Below are positions 9,438-18,372 of a DNA stretch of 38,895 nucleotides, piece after piece. The DNA is taken from sequence record SRR31156797_12445; one strand, given 5' to 3'. The notes beneath the pieces are model-generated. The model had not been told where the DNA came from. It made no database searches and saw only the letters and a program-made list of their open reading frames with translations. Position 1 is the stretch's first letter. Each line of letters starts with the position of its first letter. A program made the position numbers and the translations under genes.

Positions 9438-10970
9438 TTAAATATCGAATTTGATTCCCTGTGCCAGTGGTAGAGTCTTGCCGTAGTTGATAGTGTTTGT
9501 TTGACGTCGCATGTAGGCCTTCCAAGCATCAGAGCCAGACTCACGGTCGCCGCCGGTTTCTTTTTCACCACCGAATGCACCGCCGATCTCAGCGCCGGAA
9601 GTACCTATGTTGACGTTGGCAAGCCCACAGTCAGAGCCTGCTGCAGAAAGGAACTCTTCAGCTTCTAATAGATTTTCTGTAAAAATGGCTGAGGAGAGTC
9701 CTTGAACGACGTCGTTTTGTAGTGCTAGCGCATTGCTAACCTCGCCTTTATATTTGATAAGGTATAGAATAGGGGCAAAGGTTTCCTCTTGGACTATCTG
9801 GTAGGAATTTTCCACTTCAGCAAGAGCTGGAACTACGTAACAGTTTGATTCGTAACCTTCACCTTCCAAGACTGAACCACCGTAAATTATCTTGCCGCCT
9901 TCCTCTTGAACTTTTTCGAGTGCGTTAAGGAAATCTTCTACTGCTCCTGTGTCGATCAAGGGGCCGACATGATTATTTTCATCAAGGGGATTTCCAATGT
10001 TCAAATTACCATAAGCCTTGACGAGAGTACTTTTAACCTTGTCGTAGATTGATTCATGGATAATCAGTCGTCTGGTTGAAGTGCAACGTTGTCCCGCTGT
10101 TCCAACAGCCCCGAACACGATGGCTGGTAAAGCCATTTTCATGTTGGCGTTTGTGGTGAGGATGATGGCGTTATTGCCTCCGAGCTCAAGAATTGATTTG
10201 CCGAATCGCTTGGCTATCACTTCAGCGCCGTGGCGACCGACTCGAGTGGAACCTGTGATTGATATAAGAGGCAGCTTTTTATCAGTGAGCATGCGTTCAC
10301 CAACAACGGAACCTCGACCGATAATCAAGCTAAATAATCCTTCGGGGAGGTCGTTTGCTTTTATGACGTCGGCAAGAATGTTTTGTACTGCGATAGCGCA
10401 GAGGGGAACTTTTGTTGAAGGTTTCCACAGGTTGGTATCTCCGCAGACGGTTGCAATCATAGCATTCCAGGACCATACAGCAACCGGGAAATTGAAAGCA
10501 GAAATTGTTCCAACTACACCTAAGGGGTGATACTGGTCGTACATGCGATGTTGTTCACGTTCAGAAGCCATGGTGTTGCCATAGAGCTGTCGAGATTGTC
10601 CTACCGCAAAATCGCAAATATCTATCATCTCCTGAACTTCGCCTTTACCTTCCTGTAAAGATTTTCCCATCTCGTAAGAGACAAGTTCTCCAAGAGCATC
10701 TTTATATTTTCTCAATTGGAGGCCAATTTGACGTACTATTTCACCCCGCTTGGGGGCTGGAACAAGGCGCCACTTTTTAAAAGCCTCATAGCTTTTAGAG
10801 ACAAGTTTTTCGTAATCAGTTTCCGATGCTAAATAAACACTAGCGATTTTTTTGCCATCCACTGGCGAAGTAACCTCAACTTCTCCCTGGTCGCAGGTCT
10901 CGTTCCATTCTAAACCGGTTGATGCGCCAAAATTTTTTTCCTTAATATTAAGCTGTTGTAAAAAATTCAT
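9438..10970 (-). CDS. amaB: ALDH family 7 aldehyde dehydrogenase, piperideine-6-carboxylate / aminoadipate-semialdehyde dehydrogenase-like (AmaB/Pcd)
   Basis: EGKGEVQEMIDICDFAVGQSRQLYG, SAFNFPVAVWSWNA, LELGGNNA, GTAGQRCT, SDCGLANVNIGTSGAEIGGAFGGEK, LPLAQGIKF, all ALDH7 hallmarks. Confidence 0.88.
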   Translation of the reverse strand: MNFLQQLNIKEKNFGASTGLEWNETCDQGEVEVTSPVDGKKIASVYLASETDYEKLVSKSYEAFKKWRLVPAPKRGEIVRQIGLQLRKYKDALGELVSYEMGKSLQEGKGEVQEMIDICDFAVGQSRQLYGNTMASEREQHRMYDQYHPLGVVGTISAFNFPVAVWSWNAMIATVCGDTNLWKPSTKVPLCAIAVQNILADVIKANDLPEGLFSLIIGRGSVVGERMLTDKKLPLISITGSTRVGRHGAEVIAKRFGKSILELGGNNAIILTTNANMKMALPAIVFGAVGTAGQRCTSTRRLIIHESIYDKVKSTLVKAYGNLNIGNPLDENNHVGPLIDTGAVEDFLNALEKVQEEGGKIIYGGSVLEGEGYESNCYVVPALAEVENSYQIVQEETFAPILYLIKYKGEVSNALALQNDVVQGLSSAIFTENLLEAEEFLSAAGSDCGLANVNIGTSGAEIGGAFGGEKETGGDRESGSDAWKAYMRRQTNTINYGKTLPLAQGIKFDI

Positions 10971-11114
10971 AGGTCCCTCAAAGGTTTCTTAATTTTATTA
11001 TCTATGGGCTGTTGCATAGGGTGACTTAAGTGTCGCACGTTTCAAGCGTGCTTGGTGCTGTACCAAGTTAGGTAACTTGCCCGTAAAGGTAAAATATTCT
11101 TTTTTTGTATAAGG

Positions 11115-11131
11115 TATAGGTAAGGGTTATA
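11115..11131. promoter_or_regulatory. Candidate LysR box in the divergent amaB/lysR intergenic region
   Basis: TATAGGTAAGGGTTATA contains ATA-N9-TAT (T-N11-A) dyad. Confidence 0.55.
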
Positions 11132-11269
11132 GCTTGATCGCCTGATGCAATATTGTTGTATTTGGTTTTGCTATTGCTTGTTTTGAAAAATCTTTTATTT
11201 TTAGTGTGTTGTATGCATTAATGTGAAATGCATACGACATGAAAAGCTATAATGAAGAGGAATGCAAAA

Positions 11270-12109
11270 ATGGAAATCAGGAACCTGCGATATTTTATTT
11301 CTGTCTATCATGAGTTGAGTTTCAGCAAGGCGGCTCAGCAGTGTTTTGTCTCGCAGCCGTCTATATCAAATGCCATTGCCCAGTTGGAGGATAAGCTAGA
11401 CCAGCAACTCTTTATTCGCCATGCCAGAGGGGTCAGCCCGACTCAGGCAGGGAAGGATATCTACCCGTCCGCTGTGAAAATTTTGAATGAAATTAGTAGG
11501 ATGCAGGGGATTTTTTGTGAAAGACCTCTGTCGTTGCCGTTGAGGATAGCTCTCATGCCTTTTCTTTCAGGCGAGCATGTAAGCCTCATTGTTAATGAAC
11601 TAATAACTTCTCTGCCTGATTTGGATTTGACGATTGTTGATTGGAATGAAGAAGCTGATGCCAGGATAATCTCAAAAAGCATGGCCCTGCAGAATGAAGT
11701 TTTTCGCAAGCTTTGGGTGGATGATTATGTACTTGCTATGCCCATCAATCACTATCTATGCAATCATAAAACAATAATGCTGCAAGACCTAAATGGGCTG
11801 CCCTTTGTAAGCCGTAAATTCTGCGATGCTAGAGATAATTGGAACTTTGCTTTGGAAAAGTATGGAGTCATGTTCGAGTCAAAGGCGACAGTTAACACCG
11901 AAGAGTATGCGTTAGATTTAGTCGCTGCCGGACTTGGGGTCTCAATTGTCCCTAGTCACTCAGCAGGGAGAAGGACGGATATTATCATGCGTACGATAAC
12001 GAACATAAAGCTCGAGCGAATTGTTGGGTTTGCCTATCGATCAGATCATCCTTTACCGGGGCAGCTGATGACAGCTATTGAAAAAGTAAGGGAGACTATC
12101 AACCTGTGA
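11270..12109 (+). CDS. LysR family transcriptional regulator
   Basis: MEIRNLRYF...SFSKAAQQCFVSQPSISNAIAQLE...LFIRHARGVSPT; start placed at ATG 11270 after GAGG; divergent from amaB. Confidence 0.95.
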   Translation: MEIRNLRYFISVYHELSFSKAAQQCFVSQPSISNAIAQLEDKLDQQLFIRHARGVSPTQAGKDIYPSAVKILNEISRMQGIFCERPLSLPLRIALMPFLSGEHVSLIVNELITSLPDLDLTIVDWNEEADARIISKSMALQNEVFRKLWVDDYVLAMPINHYLCNHKTIMLQDLNGLPFVSRKFCDARDNWNFALEKYGVMFESKATVNTEEYALDLVAAGLGVSIVPSHSAGRRTDIIMRTITNIKLERIVGFAYRSDHPLPGQLMTAIEKVRETINL

Positions 12110-12591
12110 GGAAATTTTCAACTAGGGTTTATTAGTCTTATTAGGATGCGTAAAGACCTTTGTTAGTCCTAATACTTTCAATGGTTACTTTTTGTTCATT
12201 AGCAGCAAGGTACCGATTATTCATCTTTATTGGTACCTTCTTGCTAGATTCCCCTTTCCCTCAATATAGAACGTACTTTTATCAGTTGCACAGTAGAAAT
12301 GTTGAAGCGTGTTAGGTCGTTTCACTCGTAACCTTCTCAAATGTTTAGTATTGTTCTTGCTTCGTTTGTCCTCTTCCGTCTCCTTCAAACATATATTGGT
12401 ACCCTCCGTGGCCCATTGCAGCTTTAAAAAGTAATATTTAAAAGAAGCAATGAATGTAAAAAGCGTTTTTCGCAAAAATGTAAATATTACAGATGATTAC
12501 GTGTTGTTGTTTTTTTGCGAGTATAGGCGAAGTGAGGGAGGGCTTCTGCTGAACCACCTTTGATAGACTTAGACAATACCTCACACCCTCT

Positions 12592-12618
12592 TATTAGGAT
12601 ATATAGTGCCAAATAGGA
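12592..12618 (+). promoter_or_regulatory. Candidate upstream activator sequence for a sigma54 enhancer-binding protein
   Basis: TAGG/TAGT/TAGG at 12595, 12604, 12614; same spacing and same distance to the -24 box as at 33342-33367. Confidence 0.6.
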
Positions 12619-12720
12619 GCTTCGCAATATTCGGCTTGGTTTCTGTGTTTTTACGATATTTCAAGCAATTTGAAGGGTTTCTGTAATCTGCTTTTTCTAT
12701 CCCCAGAGGTAAATAGATAA

Positions 12721-12736
12721 TGGCACGTTATCTGCT
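12721..12736 (+). promoter_or_regulatory. Sigma54 (-24/-12) promoter
   Basis: TGGCACGTTATCTGCT matches TGGCACG-N4-TTGCW with correct GG/GC spacing, ~90 bp upstream of the CoA-transferase. Confidence 0.8.
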
Positions 12737-12827
12737 AAAGTCTTGTAGGATTTTTCGTATTCTACCTGGTTGATAGGTCAGAATTGTACATGCCATTAAG
12801 CATTTTCGAGAGGAGTGGGACGTAACA

Positions 12828-13493
12828 ATGGAAGAAACCAATTCAAAAATTGTGGACCCAAAGACAGCTATAGGACGATTAGCTTCAGGCAATCGCATTA
12901 TGGTTGGTGGTTTCGGGAATTCAGGGGTCCCAGACACCCTGATAGATGCATTAGCAGAAAGCAATCTCAACGACTTGACTGTCATTTCAAATGACCTTGG
13001 TTCGCCCGGAGTAGGGCTGGGGAAATTGCTGACCCATGGCCAGATTTCGAATCTGATTGGCAATTATTACAACTGGAACCCCGAGGTTGCTGAAGCTAAC
13101 AATGCCGGAACAATTAAAGCGACTCTTATTCCCCAGGGTTCTTTTGCTGAAGCTATTCGAGCGGCAGGAGTAGGGATACCAGCCTTTTATACACCTACCA
13201 GTGCAGGTACAGATTTAAGTGAAGGAAAAGAAACCAAGGAGTTCAACGGCAGGCCCCATGTCCTGGAGCATGCAATTCAAGCTGACGTTGCTCTTGTTAG
13301 AGCCCACAAAGCAGACACTCTTGGAAATCTTACCTATTTTAAGACTTCGAGGAATTTCAATCCGTTGATGGCAATGGCGGCTAAATTAACCATTGTCGAG
13401 GTAGATGAAATCGTTCCGGCTGGTGACTTGGATCCTGAATGTGTGGTAACCCCGCATTTATTTGTCAATATGATAGTTGAGAAGAGGGTATGA
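12828..13493 (+). CDS. Family I CoA-transferase subunit A (AtoD/ScoA-like)
   Basis: IMVGGFG..GVP..LI, PQGSFAEAIRAAGVGIPAFYTPT, RNFNPLMAMAA. Confidence 0.93.
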   Translation: MEETNSKIVDPKTAIGRLASGNRIMVGGFGNSGVPDTLIDALAESNLNDLTVISNDLGSPGVGLGKLLTHGQISNLIGNYYNWNPEVAEANNAGTIKATLIPQGSFAEAIRAAGVGIPAFYTPTSAGTDLSEGKETKEFNGRPHVLEHAIQADVALVRAHKADTLGNLTYFKTSRNFNPLMAMAAKLTIVEVDEIVPAGDLDPECVVTPHLFVNMIVEKRV

Positions 13494-14185
13494 GTAAAAA
13501 TATAAGCCAATCATTCTCTAAGGAGAAAATTCGTACGAGGATCGCCAAGCGGATAGCGCAGGAATTTATGTCCCAGTCCAAGTCGCTCATCATTAATCTT
13601 GGCGTCGGTATCCCAACTCTTGTAGCGGATTTTATTGAGAGTCGTCAAATTTTTATCCAGGCAGAAAACGGTATGCTTGGGGTGGGGCCAAAAGCTGAAG
13701 GTGATGCCCTTGATCGTCGGTTAATCAATGCAGGTCGTGATCCTGTGACCGAACTACCCGGTTGTGCTTTTTTCGACAGTGCTACATCCTTCGGCATGAT
13801 CCGAGGTGGTCATGTGGATGCAACTGTTATCGGTGCCTTTGAGGTAGATGAGCAGGGGAGTATCGCTAACTGGATAATACCCAACGGGCGACAGCTTGGT
13901 GTCGGGGGGGCTATGGATCTGGTTTCCGGGGCACGGCAGGTTGTAGTTGCCATGCGTCACCTTGACAGCAAAGGGCGATCAAAATTGGTGCCAAAATGTA
14001 CCCTCCCCGTTACCGGCGTAAGTGAGGTTGACCTGGTGGTTACAGAGCTTGGTGTTTTTCGTTTTAAAGATAACCAAATGATTCTCGAAGAAATTGCGCC
14101 GGAATTAGATTTGCAGAGACTGCAAGATATAACTGAGGCTAACTTTACAGTGAGTTCACAGCTCTCAACAATGAACATTGATTGA
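13490..14185 (+). CDS. Family I CoA-transferase subunit B (AtoA/ScoB-like)
   Basis: INLGVGIPTLVA, catalytic QAENG, FGMIRGGHVD, GVGGAMDLV; overlaps subunit A stop (ATGA). Confidence 0.93.
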   Translation: MSKNISQSFSKEKIRTRIAKRIAQEFMSQSKSLIINLGVGIPTLVADFIESRQIFIQAENGMLGVGPKAEGDALDRRLINAGRDPVTELPGCAFFDSATSFGMIRGGHVDATVIGAFEVDEQGSIANWIIPNGRQLGVGGAMDLVSGARQVVVAMRHLDSKGRSKLVPKCTLPVTGVSEVDLVVTELGVFRFKDNQMILEEIAPELDLQRLQDITEANFTVSSQLSTMNID

Positions 14186-14377
14186 GACGAGTTGAACTGA
14201 AGAAGTGATATGCAACTGCAGCAGCTGAGAGCTTGTTTCCGAGTTGTTGAGGATGTTGCAACCGTCTTTGATGTAAGCCACCTGTACTCAGAAGTGAGAG
14301 TCTATAGATAATATGTGCTCTCGTCATTTATAATCGTCATTGGAATTGATCATGGCGAACAAAAGGGAGATGGAAGT

Positions 14378-15871
14378 ATGGTAGATCAAGATAAAAAGGG
14401 TATAAAGCCTACCTTTATCGGAGCATTAACGCCAATTGTATTAACCCTGGGTTTGATGATTCTGCAGCTCTTCGTTTATGATGATTTCACACCACATATT
14501 CCACTTGCATTAGGTATTTGTATTACAGCCGTTATGGGATGGAAATGGGGCTACAAGTGGCGTCGCATGGAGTCAGGGCTGTGTAAGGTTGTGGCTGTTG
14601 CCCTTCCATCACTCGGTATTTTGTTGATTATAGGTATGATAATCGGTGTCTGGATCTTGTCGGGTACCGTGCCAGCCCTCATCTATTGGGGCCTTAAAAT
14701 ATTGAACCCAAGTATATTTTTAGTTGCTGCTTGTCTGGTATGCTCTGTCATTTCCATTGCAACCGGTACATCCTGGGGTACAGTTGGAACCGTTGGCCTT
14801 GCCTTGGTTGGTATTGGCGAAGGTCTCGGTATTCCAATGGGGCTCACCGGTGGCGCTGTTGTTTCAGGTGCGTTTTTCGGTGATAAAATGTCTCCATTGT
14901 CAGATACTACCAACCTGGCACCAGCCACTTGTGGTACTGACTTGTGGAGCCATATTAAAGGAATGGTTCCAACAACCCTGCCTTCCATGATTATTGCGCT
15001 AATACTGTATGGAATAATTGGGATGAAATATGCCAGTGGCGAAATGCAGGGAGAAACTGTAGCTTTAATTACCGAAAATCTAGATAAAGCCTTTAATCTT
15101 TCTTGGCTGGTTTTTTTACCTCCTTGTGTTGTTGTAATTCTTGCGATTAAAAGAATGCCGGCTCTGCCATCACTCTTTGCTGGAGTTGTTGTTGGTGGTA
15201 TCGTTGCCATGATCAGCCAAGGCGTTTCTGTACATGATGTGTTCGGCGCCATGCAAAATGGCTTTAAAAGTGATACCGGTGTTGTTGCTGTTGACAAATT
15301 GCTGAGTAAGGGTGGTTTGATGTCAATGACGTGGACACTCACACTCATGATGATCGCTCTTGGTTTTGGTGGTATTTTAGAAAGAACGCGTTGCCTTGAG
15401 GTGATTTTAGACAAAATCGCAACGGTTGCAAAAAGTAGATTTGGTATTATTGCTGCAAGTACAACTTCCGCCATCGGAACGAATGTTATTACCGGTGAAA
15501 TTTATCTTTCTATTGCTCTGCCGGGCAGGATGTTTGCTCCTGCGTATCGTGGACATGGATTATCAATAACTAACCTTTCCCGTTCTGTTGAAGATGGTGG
15601 AACACTGGTTTCACCACTCATTCCATGGAATGTGGGCGGTGCCTTTGTTGCAGGCACACTTGGTATTGAAACACTTGTCTATGCACCTTTTGCCTTTGCC
15701 TGCTGGTTGGCACCATTGTTTGATCTTTTGTGGGCTGCAACAGGCTATTTTGTTCCAATGGCATCTGAAGAGGAAAAACAACGGTGGAAAGATCTTGAAG
15801 AAGATATTCGCCTGCCCGAGGACCACTGTTTTGTCGGCGGAGTGGATATGACCGAGGTCAAAACTATGTAA
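14378..15871 (+). CDS. nhaC: NhaC family transporter (Na+/H+ antiporter family, often amino-acid or organic-acid transport)
   Basis: GTSWGTVGTVG, SGAFFGDKMSPLSDTTNLA, LSRSVEDGGT..SPLIPW; start placed at ATG 14378. Confidence 0.9.
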   Translation: MVDQDKKGIKPTFIGALTPIVLTLGLMILQLFVYDDFTPHIPLALGICITAVMGWKWGYKWRRMESGLCKVVAVALPSLGILLIIGMIIGVWILSGTVPALIYWGLKILNPSIFLVAACLVCSVISIATGTSWGTVGTVGLALVGIGEGLGIPMGLTGGAVVSGAFFGDKMSPLSDTTNLAPATCGTDLWSHIKGMVPTTLPSMIIALILYGIIGMKYASGEMQGETVALITENLDKAFNLSWLVFLPPCVVVILAIKRMPALPSLFAGVVVGGIVAMISQGVSVHDVFGAMQNGFKSDTGVVAVDKLLSKGGLMSMTWTLTLMMIALGFGGILERTRCLEVILDKIATVAKSRFGIIAASTTSAIGTNVITGEIYLSIALPGRMFAPAYRGHGLSITNLSRSVEDGGTLVSPLIPWNVGGAFVAGTLGIETLVYAPFAFACWLAPLFDLLWAATGYFVPMASEEEKQRWKDLEEDIRLPEDHCFVGGVDMTEVKTM

Positions 15872-16024
15872 TGTCGGTCAGGTGAATCAGCCTGCACCTC
15901 CACATATGGTACTCAAGCTGTGAGTTGAGAACAAGAGGTGGATCATTGATTAAAATATAGTGATCAATGTTGCGGGTGCGTCATGATTTTGATCTTCCGA
16001 CGACGAATTCTACAGTGTATCAGC

Positions 16025-16065
16025 AAAGCACCCTCTTCTTCCTTATGGGAGAAGAGGGTGCTTTT
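16025..16065. terminator. Strong, likely bidirectional intrinsic terminator
   Basis: AAAGCACCCTCTTCT...AGAAGAGGGTGCTTT, near-perfect 15+ bp stem. Confidence 0.85.
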
Positions 16066-16454
16066 ATTTCTAGTCCTCTATGTTGCTTGGTGGTGCAGCT
16101 AGAATATCGTCTGTAATTTGGCTGAGGATGGCGGTTTGGGTTACCATGCATGCTTGGGGAAATTTTTCCCCCGCCCTACCATTTTGCTTCGGTTGCAGCA
16201 ATGCAGCCCTAACTTGTGGTTTGAGAGGTGACTATTTTCAGACTAAATGATGGCTGGTAGATAGAAACCGGTAGTTATCCAGGAAGTGACACGTTCTTTC
16301 TTCATGGAGGTAATGATTGTTTTATAAGAGGAGTTCTTTACTCATTAATAATTCTGAGAAATGATGTCTGGATATCCAAGCTGAAGTTCTATGTAAAAGC
16401 CAAGGATTTTTCTGGTAAATCACTTGGAGGCATCCAATAGAAAAAATAGACTAA

Positions 16455-16799
16455 GATCAGCTAGATTGTTTTATGCGCGGTTTTAAAAGGCGTAACCCAC
16501 ATCAACCTCAATTTTACCAGGCTGTTCACGTTTCTCAAGGCTGGTATACATCTACTGCCCCAGCAAGGCTGCCAATGCAGGGGGGGGGTATCTCTGGGCT
16601 TGAGATGACCCAGAAAGGCATGCGTTTTTCATGGTCACGAGAAGAACTTGAGCAGAGACTGCACACAATCATGGGGGATATCCACCAAAAATGTGTGACC
16701 TACGGTATGGAAAACAAGAGGGTGAACTATTGTAAGGGCGCAAATATAACCGGTTTTATCCGAGTTGCCGATACGCTTGTTGCCTGCGGGAACATATAG
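16455..16799 (+). pseudogene. gdhA: NADP-glutamate dehydrogenase remnant with large internal deletion
   Basis: N-terminal KRRNPHQPQFYQAV joined directly to C-terminal PSKAANAGG (other frame), SGLEMTQ...SWSREE, NYCKGANITGFIRVAD. Confidence 0.85.
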
Positions 16800-16923
16800 G
16801 GAATGTTTATTCCCCTGTACTCAAGGGCAGGGAAAATACGTTGAAAATCCTGTCGTTTTGTACGGGATATATTGGGTTGTGGGTGAGGTGATGGTGGCCA
16901 TCATATATTTTTGACTTAAATGG

Positions 16924-17364
16924 TCATGTTTGGCTTGGCCCAATCGGTGATAAGGATGAAGTTTCAGTTGTGTGCCTTTCCTGTATGGCTGAAGAACTTG
17001 CCTGCTGTTTCAGGTTTTCCTGCACTTGGCTCATCATCAATAGCCTAAGAGTATATTGTATAAAATCAGGTGGTTCGCAGGTATACAATATATAGTGCCC
17101 ATTAATGATCAAATGGGGCATTGAGCCTAGGCCAAAGGCTGTAACCTTTGGTTTTTCAATTTTTACAGTTGCCACTTGGTCTAGAGGGATACATGACGGG
17201 CTTGAGTGGCTTGTGTATATAGCTCTGGTGGTTATTAAACAACCGGAACTTCCGTTGTGCAGGGGAGAACTATCGTAGAAGAGAAGAGGTGTTTCGTTAT
17301 CAAGCATTTCATGGGCGAATCTTGTGCGAGCCTTTTCAATGTCTTGTGGTTTGAAATCACCCAT
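16924..17364 (-). CDS. Hypothetical protein, possibly the 3' remnant of a longer gene
   Basis: 146-aa ORF; the same frame continues upstream past an in-frame TAA (17398-17400) to the activase stop. Confidence 0.45.
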   Translation of the reverse strand: MGDFKPQDIEKARTRFAHEMLDNETPLLFYDSSPLHNGSSGCLITTRAIYTSHSSPSCIPLDQVATVKIEKPKVTAFGLGSMPHLIINGHYILYTCEPPDFIQYTLRLLMMSQVQENLKQQASSSAIQERHTTETSSLSPIGPSQT

Positions 17365-17451
17365 GACCCTTTTGCCCCGGAGTAGCCCCTTAAAAAATTA
17401 GGGTAGACGAGTGGCACTCTGTGCGGCATCATAGGTAATGGTTTCCAGAGG

Positions 17452-18372
17452 CTAATGAACCTCTTTGTTAATTAGATGTATTTTATAATTTTTTAATATT
17501 GTTAAAGCGTTCGCCATTTCCTCGGGTGTGGGTGAGGTAGTGTCTTTCATCATATATTTTCGTCCCAGTCGCTCATATTTGGCCTCACCTAGACGGTGGT
17601 AAGGAAGAAGCTCCAAGTGTGCTCCTGGTCTTTGTGACTGCAGAAATTGGCCTACTGCTTCAAGGTTTTGTCGCCCATCGTTAATGCCTGGTATTAACGG
17701 AACCCGAACCAGCAATTCTTGATCCATCTGCAGTAGGTTCGCAATATTCTTAAGAATCAACGAGTTGGACGCACCAGTGTATTCTTTATGCTGCTGGTCA
17801 TCCATAATTTTCAGGTCGCAAATGACAGTATCCACATAAGGAATAATTCGTTGAACTGTTTTTTCCGGAATATGGAGGCAGGTTTCAATGGTTGTATGAA
17901 CGTAGCTATCTTTACATATTTTGAGAAATGCGAGTGCAAAATCAGGCTGAGCAAGAGGTTCGCCGCCAGAAATAGTCACACCACCACCGGAACGATCCCA
18001 GAATGGCCGGTCCGTTGATACTTCAGCATACAGGTCTCTTGCTGAAATCGTTCGCCCTGTGAGTTCCAAGGCTCCACTTGGGCATGTTTCTACACAATTC
18101 CCACAAAGATCGCATAGCCTTCGGTCAATTGTATGTATGCCATCTGTCAGTTTGATTGCCTTCTGAGGACAGGCTTCAACGCACCTGCCGCATAGAATAC
18201 ATTCTTTTTTCAGATAGGTGAGCTCCTGGGAATTTTTCTGTGATTCAGGGTTTGCACACCACCTGCAGAGAATTGGACACCCTTTGAAAAATACTGTGGT
18301 ACGAATCCCTTCGCCATCATGGATGGCGTAGCGGTTAATATCAAATATATTTCCAAGGGTGTCCGGATTCAT
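17452..18372 (-). CDS. Glycyl-radical enzyme activating protein (radical SAM, with 2x[4Fe-4S] insertion)
   Basis: HDGEGIRTTVFFKGCPILCRWCANPES, CILCGRCVEACP, CDLCGNCVETCP, GGVTISGGEPL, LLPYHRLG; start overlaps GRE stop. Confidence 0.95.
   Translation of the reverse strand: MNPDTLGNIFDINRYAIHDGEGIRTTVFFKGCPILCRWCANPESQKNSQELTYLKKECILCGRCVEACPQKAIKLTDGIHTIDRRLCDLCGNCVETCPSGALELTGRTISARDLYAEVSTDRPFWDRSGGGVTISGGEPLAQPDFALAFLKICKDSYVHTTIETCLHIPEKTVQRIIPYVDTVICDLKIMDDQQHKEYTGASNSLILKNIANLLQMDQELLVRVPLIPGINDGRQNLEAVGQFLQSQRPGAHLELLPYHRLGEAKYERLGRKYMMKDTTSPTPEEMANALTILKNYKIHLINKEVH

Noticed and set aside
12231-12245. Additional sigma54 promoter TGGTACCTTCTTGCT
   Set aside because: GG to GC spacing is one base short and no gene follows
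14683-15474. Long antisense ORFs (also 22985-23740, 10081-10530 and others)
   Set aside because: Shadow frames of well-supported genes on the opposite strand, with no recognisable motifs
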